From Eledone cirrhosa (Eukaryota), in NCBI GenBank assembly GCA_964016885.1, contig CAXHJY010000168.1:124001-188000 (forward strand): a stretch of DNA of 64,000 nt. Reading direction: 5' to 3'. Made by a program: the position numbers and the translations under genes. Shown here piece after piece: positions 37,760 to 52,300 of this stretch (positions within the stretch are counted from its first letter, which is position 1; each line of letters opens with the position of its first letter). The notes beneath the pieces were generated by a model. It saw only the letters and a program-made list of their open reading frames with translations, was not told where the DNA came from and searched no databases.

Positions 37760-40700
37760 TTTTATTTGGGTACCCCGTTTTATTATGGGGGGGTCCGCTT
37801 TTTATTTGGGTGCCCCGTTTTTTTATGGGGGTGGTCCGTTTTTTATTTGGGTGCCCCGTTTTTTTATGGAGGGGTCCGTTTTTTATTTGGATGCCCCGTT
37901 TTTTTATGGGGGGGTCCGTTTTTTATTTGGGTGCCCCGTTTTTTATTTGGGTGCCCCGTTTCTTATTTGGGTGCCCCGTTTTTTTATGGGGGGGTACCGT
38001 TTTTTATTTGGGTGCCCCGTTTTTGGGGTCCGTTTTTTACTTGGGTACACCGTTTTTTTGTTTGGGTGCCCCGTTTTTTTATGGGGGGGGTCCGTTTTTT
38101 ATTTGGGTACCCCGTTTTTTATTTGGTTGCCCCGTTATTTTATGGGGGGGTCCGTTTTTTATTTGGGTGCCCCGACTTTTATTTGTGTGCCCCGTTTTTT
38201 TATGAGGGGTCCGTTTTTTATTTGGGTGCCCCGTTTTTTGGGTCCGTTTTTTATTTGGGTGCCACGTTTTTTATGGGGGTGGTCCGTTTTTTATTTGGGT
38301 GCCACGTTTTTTTATGGGGGGGTCCGTTTTTTATTTGGATGCCCCGTTTTTTTATGGGGGTGGTCCGTTTTTTATTTGGGTGCCACGTTTTTTTATGGGG
38401 GGGTCCGTTTTTTATTTGGATGCCCCGTTTTTTTATGGGGGGGTCCGTTTTTTATTTGGGTGTCCCGTTTTTTCATGAGGGGGTCCGTTTTTTATTTGGG
38501 TACCCCGTTTTTTATTTGGTTGCCCCGTTATTTTATGGGGGGGTTCGTTTTTTAATTGGGTGCCCCGTTTTTTATTTGGGTGACCCGTTTTTTTATGAGG
38601 GGTCCGTTTTTCATTTGGGTACCCCGTTTTTTATTTGGGTGCCCCGTTTTTTTATGGGGGGGGTCCGTTTTTTATTTGGGTGTCCCGTTTTTTATTTGGG
38701 TGCCCCGTTTTTTATTTGGATGCCCCGTTTTTTCATGGGGGGGTCCGTTTTTTATTTGGGCGCGCCGTTTTTTTATGGGGGGTCCGATTTTTATTTGGGC
38801 GCCCCGTTTTTTATTTGGGTGCCCCGTTTTTTTATGGGGGTCCGTTTTTCATTTGGGTACCCTGTTTTTTATTTGGGTGCCCCGTTTTTTTATGGGGGGG
38901 TACGTTTTTTATTTGGGTGCCCCGTTTTTTCATGGGGGGGTTCGTTTTTTATTTGGGTGCCCCTTTTTTTTATTTGGGTACACCGTTTTTTGGGTCCGTT
39001 TTTTATTTGGGTACCCCGTTTTTTATTTGGGTGCCCCGTTTTTTTATGGGGGGGTCCGTTTTTTATTTGGGTGCCCCGTTTTTTATTTGGGTACCCCGTT
39101 TTTTATTTGGATGCCCCGTTTTTTTATGGGGGGGTCCGTTTTTTATTTGGGTGCCCCGTTTTTTATTTGGGTTCCCCGTTTTTTATGGTGTTGTCCCTTT
39201 ATTATTTGGGTGCCCCGTTTTTTTATGGGGGGGTCCGTTTTTTATTTGGGTATCCCGTTTTTTATTTGGGTGCCCCGTTTTTTTATGGGGGGGGTCCGTT
39301 TTTATTTGGGTGCCCCGTTTTTTATTTCGGTGCCCCGTTTTTTTATGGGGGGTCCGTTTTTTATTTGGGTGCCCCGTTTTTTTATGGGGGGGTCCGTTTT
39401 TTATTTGGGTACCCCGTTTTTTATTTGGGTGCCCCGTTTTTTTATGGGGGTGTCCGTTTTTTATTTGGGTGCCCCGTTATTTTATGGGGGGGTCCGTTTT
39501 TTATTTGGGTGCCCCGTTTTTTGGGTCCGTTTTTTATTTGGGTACCCCGTTTTTTATTTCGGTGTCCCGTTCTTTTATGGGGGGTCCGTTTTTTTTTTTC
39601 GGTGCCCCGTTTTTTTATGGGGGGGTCCGTTTTTTATTTGGGTGCCCCGTTTTTTATTTGGGTGCCCCGTTTTTGTATGGGGGTGTCCGTTTTTTATTTG
39701 GGTGCCCCGTTTTTTATTTGGGTGCCCCGTTTCTTATTTGGGTGCCCCGTTTTTTTATGGGGGGGTTCCGTTTTTTATTTGGGTGCCCCGTTTTTTGGGT
39801 CCGTTTTTTACTTGGGTACACCGTCTTTTTATTTGGGTGCCCCGTTTTTTTATGGGGGTGTCCGTTTTTTATTTGGGTGCCCCGTTTTTGTATGGGGGTG
39901 TCCGTTTTTTATTTGGGTACACGTTTTTTATTTGGGTGTCCCGTTTTTTTATGGGGGGGTCCGTTTTTTATTTGGGTGCCCCGTTTTTTATTTGGGTGCC
40001 CCGTTTCTTATTTGGGTGCCCCGTTTTTTTAATGGGGGGTTCCGTTTTTTATTTGGGTGCCCCGTTTTTTGGGTCCGTTTTTTACTTGGGTACACCGTTT
40101 TTTTATTTGGGTGCCCCGTTTTTTTATGGGGAGTCCGTTTTTTATTTGGGTGCCCCGTTTTTTGGGTCCGTTTTTTATTTGGGTACCCCGTTTTTTATTT
40201 CGGTGCCTCGTTTTTTTATGGGGGGTCCGTTTTTTATTTCGGTGCCCCGTTTTTTTATGGGGGGGTCCGTTTTTTATTTGGGTGCCCCGTTTTTTATTTG
40301 GGTACCCCGTTTTTTATTTGGGTACCCCGTTTTTTATTTCGGTGCCTCGTTTTTTTATGGGGGGTCCGTTTTTTTATTTCGGTGCCCCGTTTTTTTTATG
40401 GGGGGGTCCGTTTTTTATTTGGGTGCCCCGTTTTTTATTTGGGTACCCCGTTTTTTATTTGGGTACCCCGTTTTTTATTCCGGTGCCTCGTTTTTTTATA
40501 GGGCTCCGTTTTTTTATTTCGGTGCCCCGTTTTTTTATGGGGGGGTCCGTTTTTTATTTGGGTGCCCCGTTTTTTATTTGGGTACCCTGTTTTCTATTTG
40601 GGTGCCCCGTTTTTTGGGTCCGTTTTTTATTTGGATGCCCCGTTTTTTATTTGGGTGCCCCGTTTTTTTATTTGGGTACCCCGTTTTTTGCTTGGGTGCC

Positions 40701-43150
40701 CCGTTTTTTATGGGGGGTCCGTTTTTTATTTGGGTGCCCCGTTTTTTTATGAGGGGGTTCTTTTTTTATTTGGGTACCCCGTTTTTTATTTGGGTGCCCC
40801 GTTTTTCATGGCGGGGTCCGTTTTTTATTTGGGTGCCCCGTTTTTTTAGGGGGGGTCCGTTTTTTATTCGGGTGCCCCGTTTTTTATTTGGGGACCTCAT
40901 TTTTTGGTCCGTTTTTTATTTGGGTACCCCGTTTTTTATTTCGGTTTCCCGTTATTTTATGCGGGGTGTCCGTTTTTTATTTGGGTACACGTTTTTTATT
41001 TGGGTGTCCCGTTTTTTTATGGGGGGGTCCGTTTTTTATTTGGGTGCCCCGTTTCTGATTTGGGTGCCCCGTTTTTTTATGGTGGGGTACCGTTTTTTAT
41101 TTGGGTGCCCCGTTTTTTGGGTCCGTTTTTTACTTGGGTACACCGTTTTTTTATTTGGGTGCCCCGTTTTTTTATGGGGGGGTCCGTTTTTTATTTGGGT
41201 ACCCCGTTTTTTATTTGGTTGCCCCGTTATTTTATGGGGGGGTCCGTTTTTTATTTGGGTGCCCCGTTTTTGGGGTCCGTTTTTTATTTGGGTACCCCGT
41301 TTTATTATGGGGGGGTCCGTTTTTTATTTGGGTGCCCCGTTTTTTTATGGGGATGGTCCGTTTTTTATTTGGGTGCCCCGTTTTTTTATGGGGGGTCCGT
41401 TTTTTATTTGGATGCCCCGTTTTTTTATGGGGGGGTCCGTTTTTTATTTGGGTGCCCCGTTTTTTATTTGGGTGCCCCGTTTCTTATTTGGGTGCCCCGT
41501 TTTTTTATGGGGGGGTACCGTTTTTTATTTGGGTGCCCCGTTTTTTATTTGGTTGCCCCGTTATTTTATGGGGGGGGGGTCCGTTTTTTATTTGGGTGCC
41601 CCGTTTTTTATTTGTGTGCCCCGTTTTTTTATGAGGGTTCCGTTTTTTATTTGCGTGCCCCGTTTTTTGGGTCCGTTTTTTATTTGGGTGCCACGTTTTT
41701 TTATGGGGGTGGTCTGTTTTTTATTTGGGTACCCCGTTTTATTATGGGGGGTCCGCTTTTTATTTGGGTGCCCCGTTTTTTTATGGGGGTGGTCCGTTTT
41801 TTATTTGGGTGCCCCGTTTTTTTATGGAGGGGTCCGTTTTTTATTTGGATGCCCCGTTTTTTTATGGGGGGGTCCGTTTTTTATTTGGGTGCCCCGTTTT
41901 TTATTTGGGTGCCCCGTTTCTTATTTGGGTGCCCCGTTTTTTTATGGGGGGGTACCGTTTTTTATTTGGGTGCCCCGTTTTTGGGGTCCGTTTTTTACTT
42001 GGGTACACCGTTTTTTTGTTTGGGTGCCCCGTTTTTTTATGGGGGGGTCCGTTTTTTATTTGGGTACCCCGTTTTTTATTTGGTTGCCCCGTTATTTTAT
42101 GGGGGGGTCCGTTTTTTATTTGGGTGCCCCGACTTTTATTTGTGTGCCCCGTTTTTTTATGAGGGGTCCGTTTTTTATTTGGGTGCCCCGTTTTTTGGGT
42201 CCGTTTTTTATTTGGGTGCCACGTTTTTTTATGGGGGTGGTCCGTTTTTTATTTGGGTGCCACGTTTTTTTATGGGGGGGTCCGTTTTTTATTTGGATGC
42301 CCCGTTTTTTTATGGGGGTGGTCCGTTTTTTATTTGGGTGCCACGTTTTTTTATGGGGGGGTCCGTTTTTTATTTGGATGCCCCGTTTTTTTATGGGGGG
42401 GGTCCGTTTTTTATTTGGGTGTCCCGTTTTTTTATGAGGGGGTCCGTTTTTTATTTGGGTACCCCGTTCTTTATTTGGTTGCCCCGTTATTTTATGGGGG
42501 GGTTCGTTTTTTAATTGGGTGCCCCGTTTTTTATTTGGGTGACCCGTTTTTCTATGAGGGGTCCGTTTTTCATTTGGGTACCCCGTTTTTTATTTGGGTG
42601 CCCCGTTTTTTTATGGGGGGGGGTCCGTTTTTTATTTGGGTGCCCCGTTTTTTATTTGGGTGCCCCGTTTTTTATTTGGGTGCCCCGTTTTTTATTTGGA
42701 TGCCCCGTTTTTTCATGGGGGGGTCCGTTTTTTATTTGGGCGCGCCGTTTTTTTATGGGGGGTCCGATTTTTATTTGGGCGCCCCGTTTTTTATTTGGGT
42801 GCCCCGTTTTTTTATGGGGGTCCGTTTTTCATTTGGGTACCCTGTTTTTTATTTGGGTGCCCCGTTTTTTTATGGGGGGGTCCATTTTTTATTTGGGTGC
42901 CCCGTTTTTTATTTGGGTACCCCGTTTTTTATTTGGATGCCCCGTTTTTTTATGGGGGGGGTCCGTTTTTTATTTGGGTGCCCCGTTTTTTATTTGGGTT
43001 CCCCGTTTTTTATGGTGTTGTCCGTTTATTATTTGGGTGCCCCGTTTTTTTATGGGGGGGTCCGTTTTTTATTTGGGTATCCCGTTTTTTATTTGGGTGC
43101 CCCGTTTTTTTATGGGGGGGGGGGTCCGTTTTTATTTGGGTGCCCCGTTT
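37760..43150. repeat. Dispersed duplication, ~37760-39320 repeated at ~41720-43150 (offset ~3960)
   Basis: Pseudo-ORF starts match at 38556/42515 and 38635/42594. GGGCGCGCCG is seen at 38758 and 42738, and ATGGTGTTGTCC near 39185 and 43012. Confidence 0.85.
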
Positions 43151-46100
43151 TTTTATGGGGGGCCCGTTTTTTATTTGGGTGCCCCCTTTTTTATTTGGGT
43201 ACCCCGTTATTTGTTTGGGTACCCCGTATTCTATTTGGGTGCCCCGTTTTTTTATGGGGGGTCCGTTTTTTATTTGGGTGCCCCGTTTTTTTATGGGGGG
43301 GTACATTTTTTATTTGGGTACCCCGTTTTTTATTTCGGTGCCCCGTTTTTTTATGGGGGGTCTGTTTTTCATTTGGGTACCCTGTTTTTTATTTGGGTGC
43401 CCCGTTTTTTTATGGGGGGGGGTCCGTTTTTTATTTGGGTGCCCCGTTTTTTTACGGGGGGGTTCCGTTTTTTATTTGGGTGCCCCGTTTTTGGGGTCCG
43501 TTTTTTACTTGGGTACACCGTTATTTTATTTGGGTGCCCCGTTTTTTTATGGGGGGGTCCGTTTTTTATTTGGGTACCCTGTTTTTTATTTGGTTGCGCC
43601 GTTATTTTATGGGGGGGTCCGTTTTTTATTTGGGTGCCCCGTTTTTTTATGGGGGTTCTGTTTTTTATTTGGGTACCCCGTTTTTTTATGGGGGGTCCGT
43701 TTTTTATTTGGGTGCCCCGTTTTTTCATGGGGGTGGTCCGTTTTTTATTTGGGTGCCCCGTTTTTTATGGGGGGGTCCGTTTTTTATTTGGATGCCCCGT
43801 TCTTTTAGGGGGGGTCCGTTTTTTATTTGGGTACCCCGTTTGTTATTTGGTTGCCCCGTTTTTTTAAGGGGGGGTCCGTTTTTTATTTGGGTGCCCCGTT
43901 TTTTATTTGGGTGCCCCGTTTTTTTATGGGGGGTCCGTTTTTTATTTGGGTGCCCCGTTTTTTGGGTCCGTTTTTTATTTGGGTGCCCCGTTTTTTTATG
44001 AGGGGGTTCTTTTTTTATTTGGGTACCCCGTTTTTTATTTGGGTGCCCCGTTTTTTATGGGGGGTCCGTTTTTTATTTCGGTGCCCCGTTTTTTATGGGG
44101 GGGTACGTTTTTTATTTGGGTGCCCCGTTTTTTATTTGGGTGCCCCGTTTTTGTATGGGGGATCCGTTTTTTATTTGGGTGCCGTTTTTTATTTGGGTGC
44201 CCCGTTTTTTATTTGGGTGCCCCGTTCTTTATTTGGGTGCCCCGTTTTTTTTATGGGGGGTCCGTTTTTTATTTGGGTACCCCGTTTTTTATTTTGGGTG
44301 CCCCGATTTTTATGGGGGGGGGCGTTTTTTATTTGGGTGCCCCGTTTTTTTATGTGGGGGTCCGTTTTTTATTTGGGTGCCCCGTTTTTTATTTGGGTGC
44401 CCCGTTTTTTTATGGCGGGGGGGCCGTTTTTTATTTGGGTGCCCCGTTTTTTTATGGGGGGGTCCGTTTTTTATTTGGGTACCCCGTTTTTTATTTGGGT
44501 GCCCCGTTTTTTATTTGGGTACCCCGTTTTTTATTTGGATGCCCCGTTTTTTTATGGGGGGTCCGTTTTTTATTTGGGTACCCCGTTTTTTATTTGGGTG
44601 TCCCGTTTTTTTATGGGGGTGTCCGTTTTTTAATTGGGTGCCCCGTTTTTTTATGGGGGGGGGGCGTTATTTATTTGGGTACCCCGTTTTTTATTTTGGG
44701 TGCCCCGTTTTTTTATGGGATGGGGGCCGTTTTTTATTTGGGTGCCCCGTTTTTTGGGTCCGTTTTTAATTTGGGTACCCCGTTTTTTATTTCGGTGCCC
44801 CGTTTTTTATTTGGATGCCCCGTTTTTTATGGGGGGGGTCCGTTTTTTATTTGGGTACACCGTTTTTTATTTGGGTGCCTCGTTTTTTTATGTGGGGGTC
44901 CGTTTTTTATTTGGGTGCCCCGTATTTTATTTGGGTGTCCCGTTTTTTTATGGGGGGGGGTACGTTTTTTATTTGGGTGCCCCGTTATTTTATGAGGGTG
45001 TCAGTTTTTTATTTGGGTACCCCGTTTTTTATTTGGGTGCCCCGTTTTTTATGGCGGGGTCCGTTTTTTATTTGGGTGCCCCGTTTTTTTAGGGGGGGTC
45101 CGTTTTTTATTTGGGTGCCCCGTTTTTTATTTGGGGACCCCGTTTTTTGGTCCGTTTTTTATTTGGGTACCCCGTTTTTTATTTCGGTGCCCTGTTATTT
45201 TATGGGGGGTCCGTTTTTTATTTGGGTGCCCCGTTTTTTATTTCGGTGCCCCGTTTTTTTATGGGGGGTCCGTTTTTTATTTGGGTGCCCCGGTTTTTTT
45301 TATGGGGGGGGCTCCGTTTTTTATTTGGGTGCCCCGTTTTTTATTTGGGTGCACTTTTTTTTTATTTGGGTACCCCGTTTTTTATTTGGGTGCCCCGTTT
45401 TTTTATGGGGGGGTCCGTTTTTTATTTGGGTGCCCCATTTTTAATTTGGGTGCCCCGTTTTTTTATGGGGGGGTCCGTTTTTTATTTGGGTGCCCCATTT
45501 TCTATGGGGGGGTCCGTTTTTTATTTTTGTACCCCGTATTTTATTTGGGTGTCCCGTTTTTTTATGGGGGGGTACGTTTTTTATTTCGGTGCCCCGTTTT
45601 TTTATGAGGGAGTCAGTTTTTTATTTGGGTACCCCGTTTTTTATTTGGGTGCCCCGTTTTTTATGGCGGGGTCCGTTTTTTATTTGGGTGCCCCGTTTTT
45701 TTAGGGGGGGGGTCCGTTTTTTATTTGGGTGCCCCGTTTTTTATTTGGGTACCCCGTTTTTTATTTCAGTGCCCCGTTTTTGTATGGGGGGGTGCGTTTT
45801 TTATTTGGGTGCCGTTTTTTATTTGGGTGCCCCGTTTTTGGGTCCGTTTTTTATTTGTGTGCCCCGTTTTTTTTATTGGGGGTCCGTTTTTTATTTGGAT
45901 GCCCCGTTTTTTATTTGGGTGCCCCGTTTTTTTATTTGGGTACCCCGTTTTTTACTTGGGTGCCCCGATTTTTATGGGGGTCCGTTTTTTATTTGGGTGC
46001 CCCGTTTTTTTATGAGGGGGTTCTTTTTTTTATTTGGGTACCCCGTTTTTTATTTGGGTGCCCCTTTTTTTATGGGGGGTCCGTTTTTTATTTCGGTGCC

Positions 46101-49100
46101 CCGTTTTTTTATGGGGGGGTCCGTTTTTTATTTGGTTGCCCCGTTTTTTATTTGGGTGCCCCGTTTTTGTATGGGGGGGTCCGTTTTTTATTTGAGTGCC
46201 GTTTTTTATTTGGGTGCCCCGTTTTTTATTTGGGGACCTCGTTTTTTGGTCCGATTTTTATTTGGGTGCCCCGTTCTTTGGGTCCGTTTTTTATTTGGGT
46301 ACCCCGTTTTTTATTTCGGTGCCCCGTTTTTTTATGGGGGGTCCGCTTTTTATTTCGGTGCCCCGTTTTTTTATGGGGGGGTCCGTTTTTTATTTGGGTG
46401 CCCCGCTTTTGTATGGGGGGGTCCGTTTTTTATTTGGGTTCCGTTTTTTATTTGGGTGCCCCGTTTTTTGGGTCCGTTTTTTATTTGTGTGCCCCGTTTT
46501 TTTTATTGGGGGTCCGTTTTTTATTTGGATGCCCCGTTTTTTATTTGGGTGCCCCGTTTTTTTATTTGGGTACCCCGTTTTTTACTTGGGTGCCTCGTTT
46601 TTTATGGGGGGGTCCGTTTTTTATTTGGCTGCCCCGTTTTTTTATGAGGGGGTTCTTTTTTTATTTGGGTACCCCGTTTTTTATTTGGGTGCCCCGTTTT
46701 TTATGGGGGGTCCGTTTTTTATTTCGGTGCCCCGTTTTTTTATGGGGGGGTCCGTTTTTTATTTGGGTGCCCCGTTTTTTATTTGGGTGCCCCGTTTTTG
46801 TATGGGGGGGTCCGTTTTTTATTTGGGTGCCGTTTTTTATTTGGGTGCCCCGTTTTTTATATGGGGACCTCGTTTTTTGGTCCGTTTTTTATTTGGGTAC
46901 CCCGTTTTTTATTTCGGTGCCCCGTTTTTTTTATGGGGGGGTCCGTTTTTTATTTGGGTGCCCCGTTTTTTATTTGGGTGCCCCGTTTTTTATTTGGGTG
47001 CCCCGTTTTTTTATGGGGGGGCCGTTTTTTATTTGGGTACCCCGTATTTTATTTGGGTGCCCCGTTTTTTTATGGGGGGGTCCGTTTTTTATTTGGGTGC
47101 CCCGTTTTTTTTATGGGGGGGGGTCCGTTTTTTATTTGGGTGCCCCGTTTTTTATTTGGGTGCCCCGTTTTTTATTTGGGTACCCCGTTTTTTATTTGGA
47201 TGCCCCGTTTTTTTATGGGGGGTGCGTTTTTTATTTGGGTACCCCGTTTTTTATTTGGGTGCCCCGTTTTTTTATGGGGGTGTCCGTTTTTTAATTGGGT
47301 GCCCCGGTTTTTTTATGGGGGGGTCCGTTTTTTATTTGGGTGCCCCGTTTTTTGGGTCCGTTTTTTATTTGGGTACCCCGTTTTTTATTTGGGTGCCCCG
47401 TTTTTTTATGGGGGGGTCCGTTTTTTATTTGGGTGCCCCGTTTTTTATTTGGGTGCACCGTTTTTTATTTGGGTACCCCGTTTTTTATTTGGATGCTCCG
47501 TTTTTTTATGGGGAGGGGTCCGTTTTTTATTTGGGTACCCCGTTTTTTATTTAGGTGCCCCGTTTTTTTATGGGGGGTCCGTTTTTTATTTGGGTGCCCC
47601 GTTTTTTTATTTGGGTGCCCCGTTTTTTTATGGTGGGGTCCGTTTTTTATTTGGGTGCCCCGTTCTTTTAGGGGCGTCCGTTTTTTTATTTGGGTGCCCT
47701 GTTTTTTATTTGGGTACCCCGTTTTTGGGGTCCGTTTTTTATTTGGGTACCCTGTTTTTTTATTTGGGTGCCCCGTTTTTTTATGGGGGGGTCCGTTTTT
47801 TATTTTTGTACCCTGTTTTTTTATTCGGGTGCCCCGTTTTTTTATGGGGGGGTCCGTTTTTTATTTGGGTGCCCCGTTTTTTTATGGGGGGGTCCGTTTT
47901 TTATTTGGGTGCCCCGTTTTTTTTAGGGGGATCCGTTTTTCATTTCGGTGCCCCGTTTTTTATTTGGGTGCCCCGTTTTTTATTTGGGTACCCCGTTTTT
48001 TATTTGGATGCCCCGTCTTTTTATGAGGTGGTGCGTTTTTCATTTGGGTACCCCGTTTTTTATTTGGGTGCCCCGTTTTTTTATGGGGTCCGTTTTTTAT
48101 TTGGATGCCCCGTTTTTTATTTGGGTACCCCGTTTTTTATTTGGGTGCCCCGTTTTTTATGGGGGGGTCCGTTTTTTATTTGGGTGCCCCGTTTTTTTAT
48201 GAGGGGGTTCTTTTTTTATTTGGGTACCCCGTTTTTTATATGGGTGCCCCGTTTTTTATGGGGGGTCCGTTTTTTATTTCGGTGCCCCGTTTTTTTATGG
48301 GGGGGTCCGTTTTTTATTTGGGTGCCCCGTTTTTTATTTGGGTGCCCCGTTTTTGTATGGGGGGGTCCGTTTTTTATTTGGGTGCCGTTTTTTATTTGGG
48401 TGCCCCGTTTTTTATTTCGGTGCCCCGTTTTTTTATGGGGGGTCCGTTTTTTATTTGGGTGCCCCGTTTTTTTATGGGGGGGTCCGTTTTTTATTTGGGT
48501 ACCCCGTTTTTTATTTGGGTGCCCCGTTTTTTTATGGGGGTGTCCGTTTTTTATTTGGGTGCCCCGTTATTTTATGGGGGGGTCCGTTTTTTATTTGGGT
48601 GCCCCGTTTTTTGGGTCCGTTTTTTATTTGGGTACCCCGTTTTTTATTTCGGTGTCCCGTTCTTTTATGGGGGGTCCGTTTTTTTTTTTCGGTGCCCCGT
48701 TTTTTTATGGGGGGGTCCGTTTTTTATTTGGGTGCCCCGTTTTTTATTTGGGTGCCCCGTTTTTGTATGGGGGTGTCCGTTTTTTATTTGGGTACACGTT
48801 TTTTATTTGGGTGTCCCGTTTTTTTATGGGGGGGTCCGTTTTTTATTTGGGTGCCCCGTTTTTTATTTGGGTGCCCCGTTTCTTATTTGGGTGCCCCGTT
48901 TTTTTATGGGGGGGTTCCGTTTTTTATTTGGGTGCCCCGTTTTTTGGGTCCGTTTTTTACTTGGGTACACCGTCTTTTTATTTGGGTGCCCCGTTTTTTT
49001 ATGGGGGTGTCCGTTTTTTATTTGGGTGCCCCGTTTTTGTATGGGGGTGTCCGTTTTTTATTTGGGTACACGTTTTTTATGTGGGTGTCCCGTTTTTTTA

Positions 49101-49334
49101 TGGGGGGGTCCGTTTTTTATTTGGGTGCCCCGTTTTTTATTTGGGTGCCCCGTTTCTTATTTGGGTGCCCCGTTTTTTGGGTCCGTTTTTTATTTGGGTA
49201 CCCCGTTTTTTATTTCGGTGCCTCGTTTTTTTATGGGGGGTCCGTTTTTTATTTCGGTGCCCCGTTTTTTTATGGGGGGGTCCGTTTTTTATTTGGGTGC
49301 CCCGTTTTTTATTTGGGTACCCCGTTTTTTATTT

Positions 49335-52300
49335 GGGTACCCCGTTTTTTATTTCGGTGCCTCGTTTTTTTATGGGGGGTCCGTTTTTTTATTTCGGTGC
49401 CCCGTTTTTTTTATGGGGGGTTCCGTTTTTTATTTGGGTGCCCCGTTTTTTATTTGGGTACCCCGTTTTTTATTTGGGTACCCCGTTTTTTATTCCGGTG
49501 CCTCGTATTTTTATAGGGCTCCGTTTTTTTATTTCGGTGCCCCGTTTTTTTATGGGGGGGTCCGTTTTTTATTTGGGTGCCCCGTTTTTTATTTGGGTAC
49601 CCTGTTTTTTATTTGGGTGCCCCGTTTTTTGGGTCCGTTTTTTATTTGGATGCCCCGTTTTTTATTTGGGTGCCCCGTTTTTTTATTTGGGTACCCCGTT
49701 TTTTGCTTGGGTGCCCCGTTTTTTATGGGGGGGTCCGTTTTTTATTTGGGTGCCCCGTTTTTTTATGAGGGGGTTCTTTTTTTATTTGGGTACCCCGTTT
49801 TTTATTTGGGTGCCCCGTTTTTCATGGCGGGGTCCGTTTTTTATTTGGGTGCCCCGTTTTTTTAGGGGGGGTCCGTTTTTTATTCGGGTGCCCCGTTTTT
49901 TATTTGGGGACCTCGTTTTTTGGTCCGTTTTTTATTTGGGTACCCCGTTTTTTATTTCGGTTTCCCGTTATTTTATGCGGGGTGTCCGTTTTTTATTTGG
50001 GTACACGTTTTTTATTTGGGTGTCCCGTTTTTTTATGGGGGGGGTCCGTTTTTTATTTGGGTGCCCCGTTTCTGATTTGGGTGCCCCGTTTTTTTATGGG
50101 GGGGTTCCGTTTTTTATTTGGGTGCCCCGTTTTTTGGGTCCGTTTTTTACTTGGGTACACCGTTTTTTTATTTGGGTGCCCCGTTTTTTTATGGGGGGGT
50201 CCGTTTTTTATTTGGGTACCCCGTTTTTTATTTGGTTGCCCCGTTATTTTATGGGGGGGTCCGTTTTTTATTTGGGTGCCCCGTTTTTGGGGTCCGTTTT
50301 TTATTTGGGTACCCCGTTTTATTATGGGGGGGGTCCGTTTTTTATTTGGGTGCCCCGTTTTTTTATGGGGATGGTCCGTTTTTTATTTGGGTGCCCCGTT
50401 TTTTTATGGGGGGGTCCGTTTTTTATTTGGATGCCCCGTTTTTTTATGGGGGGGTCCGTTTTTTATTTGGGTGCCCCGTTTTTTGGGTCCGTTTTTAATT
50501 TGGGTACCCCGTTTTTTATTTCGGTGCCCCGTTTTTTTATGGGGGGTCCGTTTTTTATTTGGGTGCCCCGGTTTTGTTATGGGGGGGCTCCGTTTTCTAT
50601 TTGGGTGCACTTTTTTTTTATTTGGGTACCCCGTTTTTTATTTGGATGCCCCGTTTTTTATGGGGGGGGTCCGTTTTTTATTTGGGTACACCGTTTTTTA
50701 TTTGGGTGCCTCGTTTTTTTATGTGGGGGTCCGTTTTTTATTTGGGTGCCCCGTATTTTATTTGGGTGTCCCGTTTTTTTATGGGGGGGGTACGTTTTTT
50801 ATTTGGGTGCCCCGTTATTTTATGAGGGTGTCAGTTTTTTATTTGGGTACCCCGTTTTTTATTTGGGTGCCCCGTTTTTTATGGCGGGGTCCGTTTTTTA
50901 TTTGGGTGCCCCGTTTTTTTAGGGGGGGTCCGTTTTTTATTTGGGTGCCCCGTTTTTTATTTGGGGACCCCGTTTTTTGGTCCGTTTTTTATTTGGGTAC
51001 CCCGTTTTTTATTTCGGTGCCCTGTTTTTTTATGGGGGGGTCCGTTTTTTATTTGGGTGCCCCGTTTTTTATTTCGGTGCCCCGTTTTTTTATGGGGGGT
51101 CCGTTTTTTATTTGGGTGCCCCGGTTTTTTTTATGGGGGGGGGCTCCGTTTTTTATTTGGGTGCCCCGTTTTTTATTTGGGTGCACTTTTTTTTTATTTG
51201 GGTACCCCGTTTTTTATTTGGATGCCCCGTTTTTTATGGGGGGTCCGTTTTTTATTTGGGTACCCCGTTTTTAATTTGGGTGCCCCGTTTTTTTATGGGG
51301 GGGTCCGTTTTTTATTTGGGTGCCCCATTTTCTATGGGGGGGTCCGTTTTTTATTTTTGTACCCCGTATTTTATTTGGGTGTCCCGTTTTTTTATGGGGG
51401 GGTACGTTTTTTATTTCGGTGCCCCGTTTTTTTATGAGGGAGTCAGTTTTTTATTTGGGTACCCCGTTTTTTATTTGGGTGCCCCGTTTTTTATGGCGGG
51501 GTCCGTTTTTTATTTGGGTGCCCCGTTTTTTTAGGGGGGGGGTCCGTTTTTTATTTGGGTGCCCCGTTTTTTATTTGGGTACCCCGTTTTTTATTTCAGT
51601 GCCCCGTTTTTGTATGGGGGGGTCCGTTTTTTATTTGGGTGCCGTTTTTTATTTGGGTGCCCCGTTTTTGGGTCCGTTTTTTATTTGTGTGCCCCCTTTT
51701 TTTTATTGGGGGTCCGTTTTTTATTTGGATGCCCCGTTTTTTATTTGGGTGCCCCGTTTTTTTATTTGGTTACCCCGTTTTTTACTTGGGTGCCCCGATT
51801 TTTATGGGGGTCCGTTTTTTATTTGGGTGCCCCGTTTTTTTATGAGGGGGTTCTTTTTTTTATTTGGGTACCCCGTTTTTTATTTGGGTGCCCCTTTTTT
51901 TATGGGGGGTCCGTTTTTTATTTCGGTGCCCCGTTTTTTTATGGGGGGGTCCGTTTTTTATTTGGTTGCCCCTTTTTTTATTTGGGTGCCCCGTTTTTGT
52001 ATGGGGGGGTCCGTTTTTTATTTGAGTGCCGTTTTTTATTTGGGTGCCCCGTTTTTTATTTGGGGACCTCGTTTTTTGGTCCGATTTTTATTTGGGTGCC
52101 CCGTTTTTTGGGTCCGTTTTTTATTTGGGTACCCCGTTTTTTATTTCGGTGCCCCGTTTTTTTATGGGGGGTCCGCTTTTTATTTCGGTGCCCCGTTTTT
52201 TTATGGGGGGGTCCGTTTTTTATTTGGGTGCCCCGCTTTTGTATGGGGGGGTCCGTTTTTTATTTGGGTTCCGTTTTTTATTTGGGTGCCCCGTTTTTTG